A stretch of DNA of 64,000 nucleotides from NCBI GenBank assembly GCA_965228735.1, contig OZ245838.1, positions 832,001 to 896,000 on the forward strand, given 5' to 3'. A program made the translations under genes and the position numbers. Origin of the DNA: Planctomycetota bacterium. Lineage in GTDB: Bacteria > Planctomycetota > UBA1135 > UBA2386. Within the stretch, counting starts at the first letter, position 1; each line of letters opens with the position of its first letter. Below, piece after piece: positions 62,801-64,000 of the stretch. Below the pieces are notes generated by a model. That model saw only the letters and a program-made list of their open reading frames with translations. It was not told the DNA's origin and did not search any database.

Positions 62801-63555
62801 AGCTGCGTCGCGTCGAGCGTCGCCTCGACGAGGATGCTGCCGGGCAGCAGGTTGTCGACGGTGCCGCCGAGCCCGGTGATGCCGTCCGCGAGCGCCGGCT
62901 TGTCGGTGTGCTTGTTGCAGACGACGATGTTGTAGCGCCGCTCGCGCATGAGCGCGCCGCTCACGAACGCCTGGACGAGCTCCGGTTCGAGCCGGAACGC
63001 GGGTGCGTACGAGCCGACCCAGCGCACGAACGGCAGCCGGCCGATCGCGTTGGCCGCCGCGGCGTCGGCGCGCACGACGTAGGCCCCGTCGGGCAGGTAG
63101 CTGCAGAACAGGCCGCCGCGATCGTCGACCGCGTGCCGACGCTCCTCCGTGGGCTGGCCGTCGAACTGGACGATCCAGAGTTTCGAGGTGCCCGCGAGCA
63201 GGGGGTGTACCGGGTTCTGCGCGAGCGGGTCGAACGTCGCGTAGCGCAGGCGCAGCAGCTGTTGCGCGCGGGGTTCGCGTTCGGGCGCCGGCTCCTTGTC
63301 GGCCTGCTCGTCGCGAGTGGGGAGGTCGACCGCCGTCCGCACGGGTGCTTTGTCCGGCTGCCCTTGCGCGCGCAGGCCGTCGGGCAGCGCAGCGAGCGCG
63401 AGGAGCGCGCCGAGCGCGAGAGTGGCGCCCCGCGCGAGGTTGGCGCCCCGCACAAGGTTGGCACCGTGCGGGACGAAGCTCTCGGAGACGTGGTCTTCGA
63501 GGAACGAAACGTCGCGTGGGAAGCGACGTGAGTCGAGAGCGTGCATGGAGTGCAT
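59893..63555 (-). CDS. Secreted S8 subtilase with three C-terminal MAM domains
   Basis: HGHCTAG, DGRIKPD, FGGTSGATP, QGWG; three FESGF...DWTRR..TPS..TGP...FxYHM...W...D repeats. Start approximate. Confidence 0.88.
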   Translation of the reverse strand: MHSMHALDSRRFPRDVSFLEDHVSESFVPHGANLVRGANLARGATLALGALLALAALPDGLRAQGQPDKAPVRTAVDLPTRDEQADKEPAPEREPRAQQLLRLRYATFDPLAQNPVHPLLAGTSKLWIVQFDGQPTEERRHAVDDRGGLFCSYLPDGAYVVRADAAAANAIGRLPFVRWVGSYAPAFRLEPELVQAFVSGALMRERRYNIVVCNKHTDKPALADGITGLGGTVDNLLPGSILVEATLDATQLLQVANLDQVLWIDRWSPPEDDMDNARVQGGGDYIESVGGYTGSGVRGHIYEGVEGNHPDFNTALTTIESCNSAERHGHCTAGIVFGNGTSAIQARGMAPDAVGFFTNYSCVTSGFSRNAVINRVVNDFDCMFTTASWGNSRTTAYTSISADADDVVFDHRIPWTQSQSNAGDPMSRPQAWAKNVFSIGGVQHYNNSNAGDDSWAGGNGSTGPAADGRIKPDLCAYYDSIWASDLTGSAGYSSGNSTTTFGGTSGATPIVAGHNALAIQMYTDDLFGPPRVPGGTRFQNRPYAQTLKALMIVGARQYAFGAGSTDNRREHQGWGFPNLQDLYDNRADIFVVPEDDILTQGQTATHTIAVSSGAGRFKACMTFLEPAGNPSASLAAVNNLNLRVTSPGGTVYWGNNGLSSGTTSTAGGSANSIDSVECVIVDNPQAGNWTVEVIAQSIVQDAHVATGATDASYALVVLGGAGSTGGGGPGGGTVIDATSFESGFDNWSNIGGDNLDWTRRSGSTPSSSTGPTGAQDGSTYVYVESSGNGTGYPSKTAYLQGPTIAMTGTEAMTFAYHMYGGSMGTLQLQAVSGSGSVTTLWTRSGNQGNSWYQAAVDLSGLSGDQALRFFATTGSSWQSDFTVDNIEITGDGSIVGGGGPGAGDPTLDVGFESGFGDLTNEGGDSNDWTRRTGGTPSSNTGPSGAAVGSYYAYVEASSPNIGTNAGLTTGLMAFTGGEELTFRYHMYGADMGTLSVQAITPSGASTTLWSRSGNQGTAWQSATVSLAALTSDHRIRFFAQLGGNYRSDICIDDVSIGEGGGTGSGASFSEDLESGFSALTNTGGDDLDWTRRSGGTPSNNTGPSGAAQGSFYAYVESSGNGTGYPNKTAYLQSAPLTFNGSETLTFRYHMLGGSMGTLRVQTVSSGGAVTTHWTQSGSQGSAWQTATINLGVTGVQTVRFFVTTGSSWQSDICIDDVVLQ

Positions 63556-63762
63556 GACGACCTCGGACGGGGAGCCAGAGCCAGACCGCGTGACCGCAAC
63601 GGACCCTGGTTCGAACGACGAGGCCGCTTTTGGTTGAGAGACGAGGGAGAGAGCAGCGGGCGATGCCCCGAGGACATCGACTTGCTCCGGCCCGAAGATA
63701 ACGAGGGTCACCGGTTCCGCAACCCGCGGTGGCAACGTGGTGACGCGGCGATGATCTGGCTG

Positions 63763-63999
63763 TCAGTGCCGCGACGGCAACCGAACGATCGCCTGCGCGC
63801 TGTGGCTCGTTGCGGCCTTCCAGACCGCACGGCCGGTGGCGTCCAGCAGGCGGCAGCCGTTGTCGCCGGTGACGAACGTTCGGCCGTCCGCGAGGCGGTG
63901 CACGTCCTCGGGCTGGTACGAGCAGTCGTTCGCGGTCACGACTTCGAGTCCGTCGGCGGTCCGTTCGTACTCGACGATTCGATTCGGCGCGTTGAGGCT
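63763..63999 (-). CDS. 3' end of a gene running off the window, beta-propeller-like
   Basis: Manual translation SLNAPNRIVEY...PEDVHRLADGRTFVT...LLDATGRAVWK...* with typical codon usage. Confidence 0.55.
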   Translation of the reverse strand, partial: SLNAPNRIVEYERTADGLEVVTANDCSYQPEDVHRLADGRTFVTGDNGCRLLDATGRAVWKAATSHSAQAIVRLPSRH

Positions 64000-64000
64000 C

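Overview
A gene-dense, very GC-rich bacterial chromosomal segment, most likely from a Planctomycetota/PVC lineage. That placement is inferred from a Minf_1886-like gene, Tat-exported Gfo/Idh/MocA enzymes and DUF1573 plus multiheme cytochrome genes. About 50 CDS are supported. Housekeeping genes include rnpA, yidD, tmk, holB, dnaK, a divergent dnaA-like gene and an mrfA/mrfB-type repair pair. There are many secreted hydrolases (two S9, M4, M14, S8-MAM, HtrA, TPR-MA peptidase, PGRP amidase) and signalling modules (ECF/anti-sigma, sigma54 two-component pair, RsbW/PP2C/receiver). I saw no rRNA, tRNA, CRISPR array or mobile element. Main signals: (1) Two selenoprotein genes that the ORF track misses or splits, an ArsC-like UxxC protein and an exported TlpA-like UGPC protein, each with a SECIS-like hairpin. 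(2) A similar ~100-130 aa C-terminal domain on five unrelated secreted proteins and one stand-alone copy, a candidate lineage-specific sorting or anchoring system. (3) A candidate ~70-nt sigma54-dependent small RNA behind the NtrC-family regulator. (4) A DnaA paralogue with a rewritten DNA-recognition helix. (5) Apparently widespread leaderless gene starts. All family assignments come from motif recognition by eye; no searches were run.
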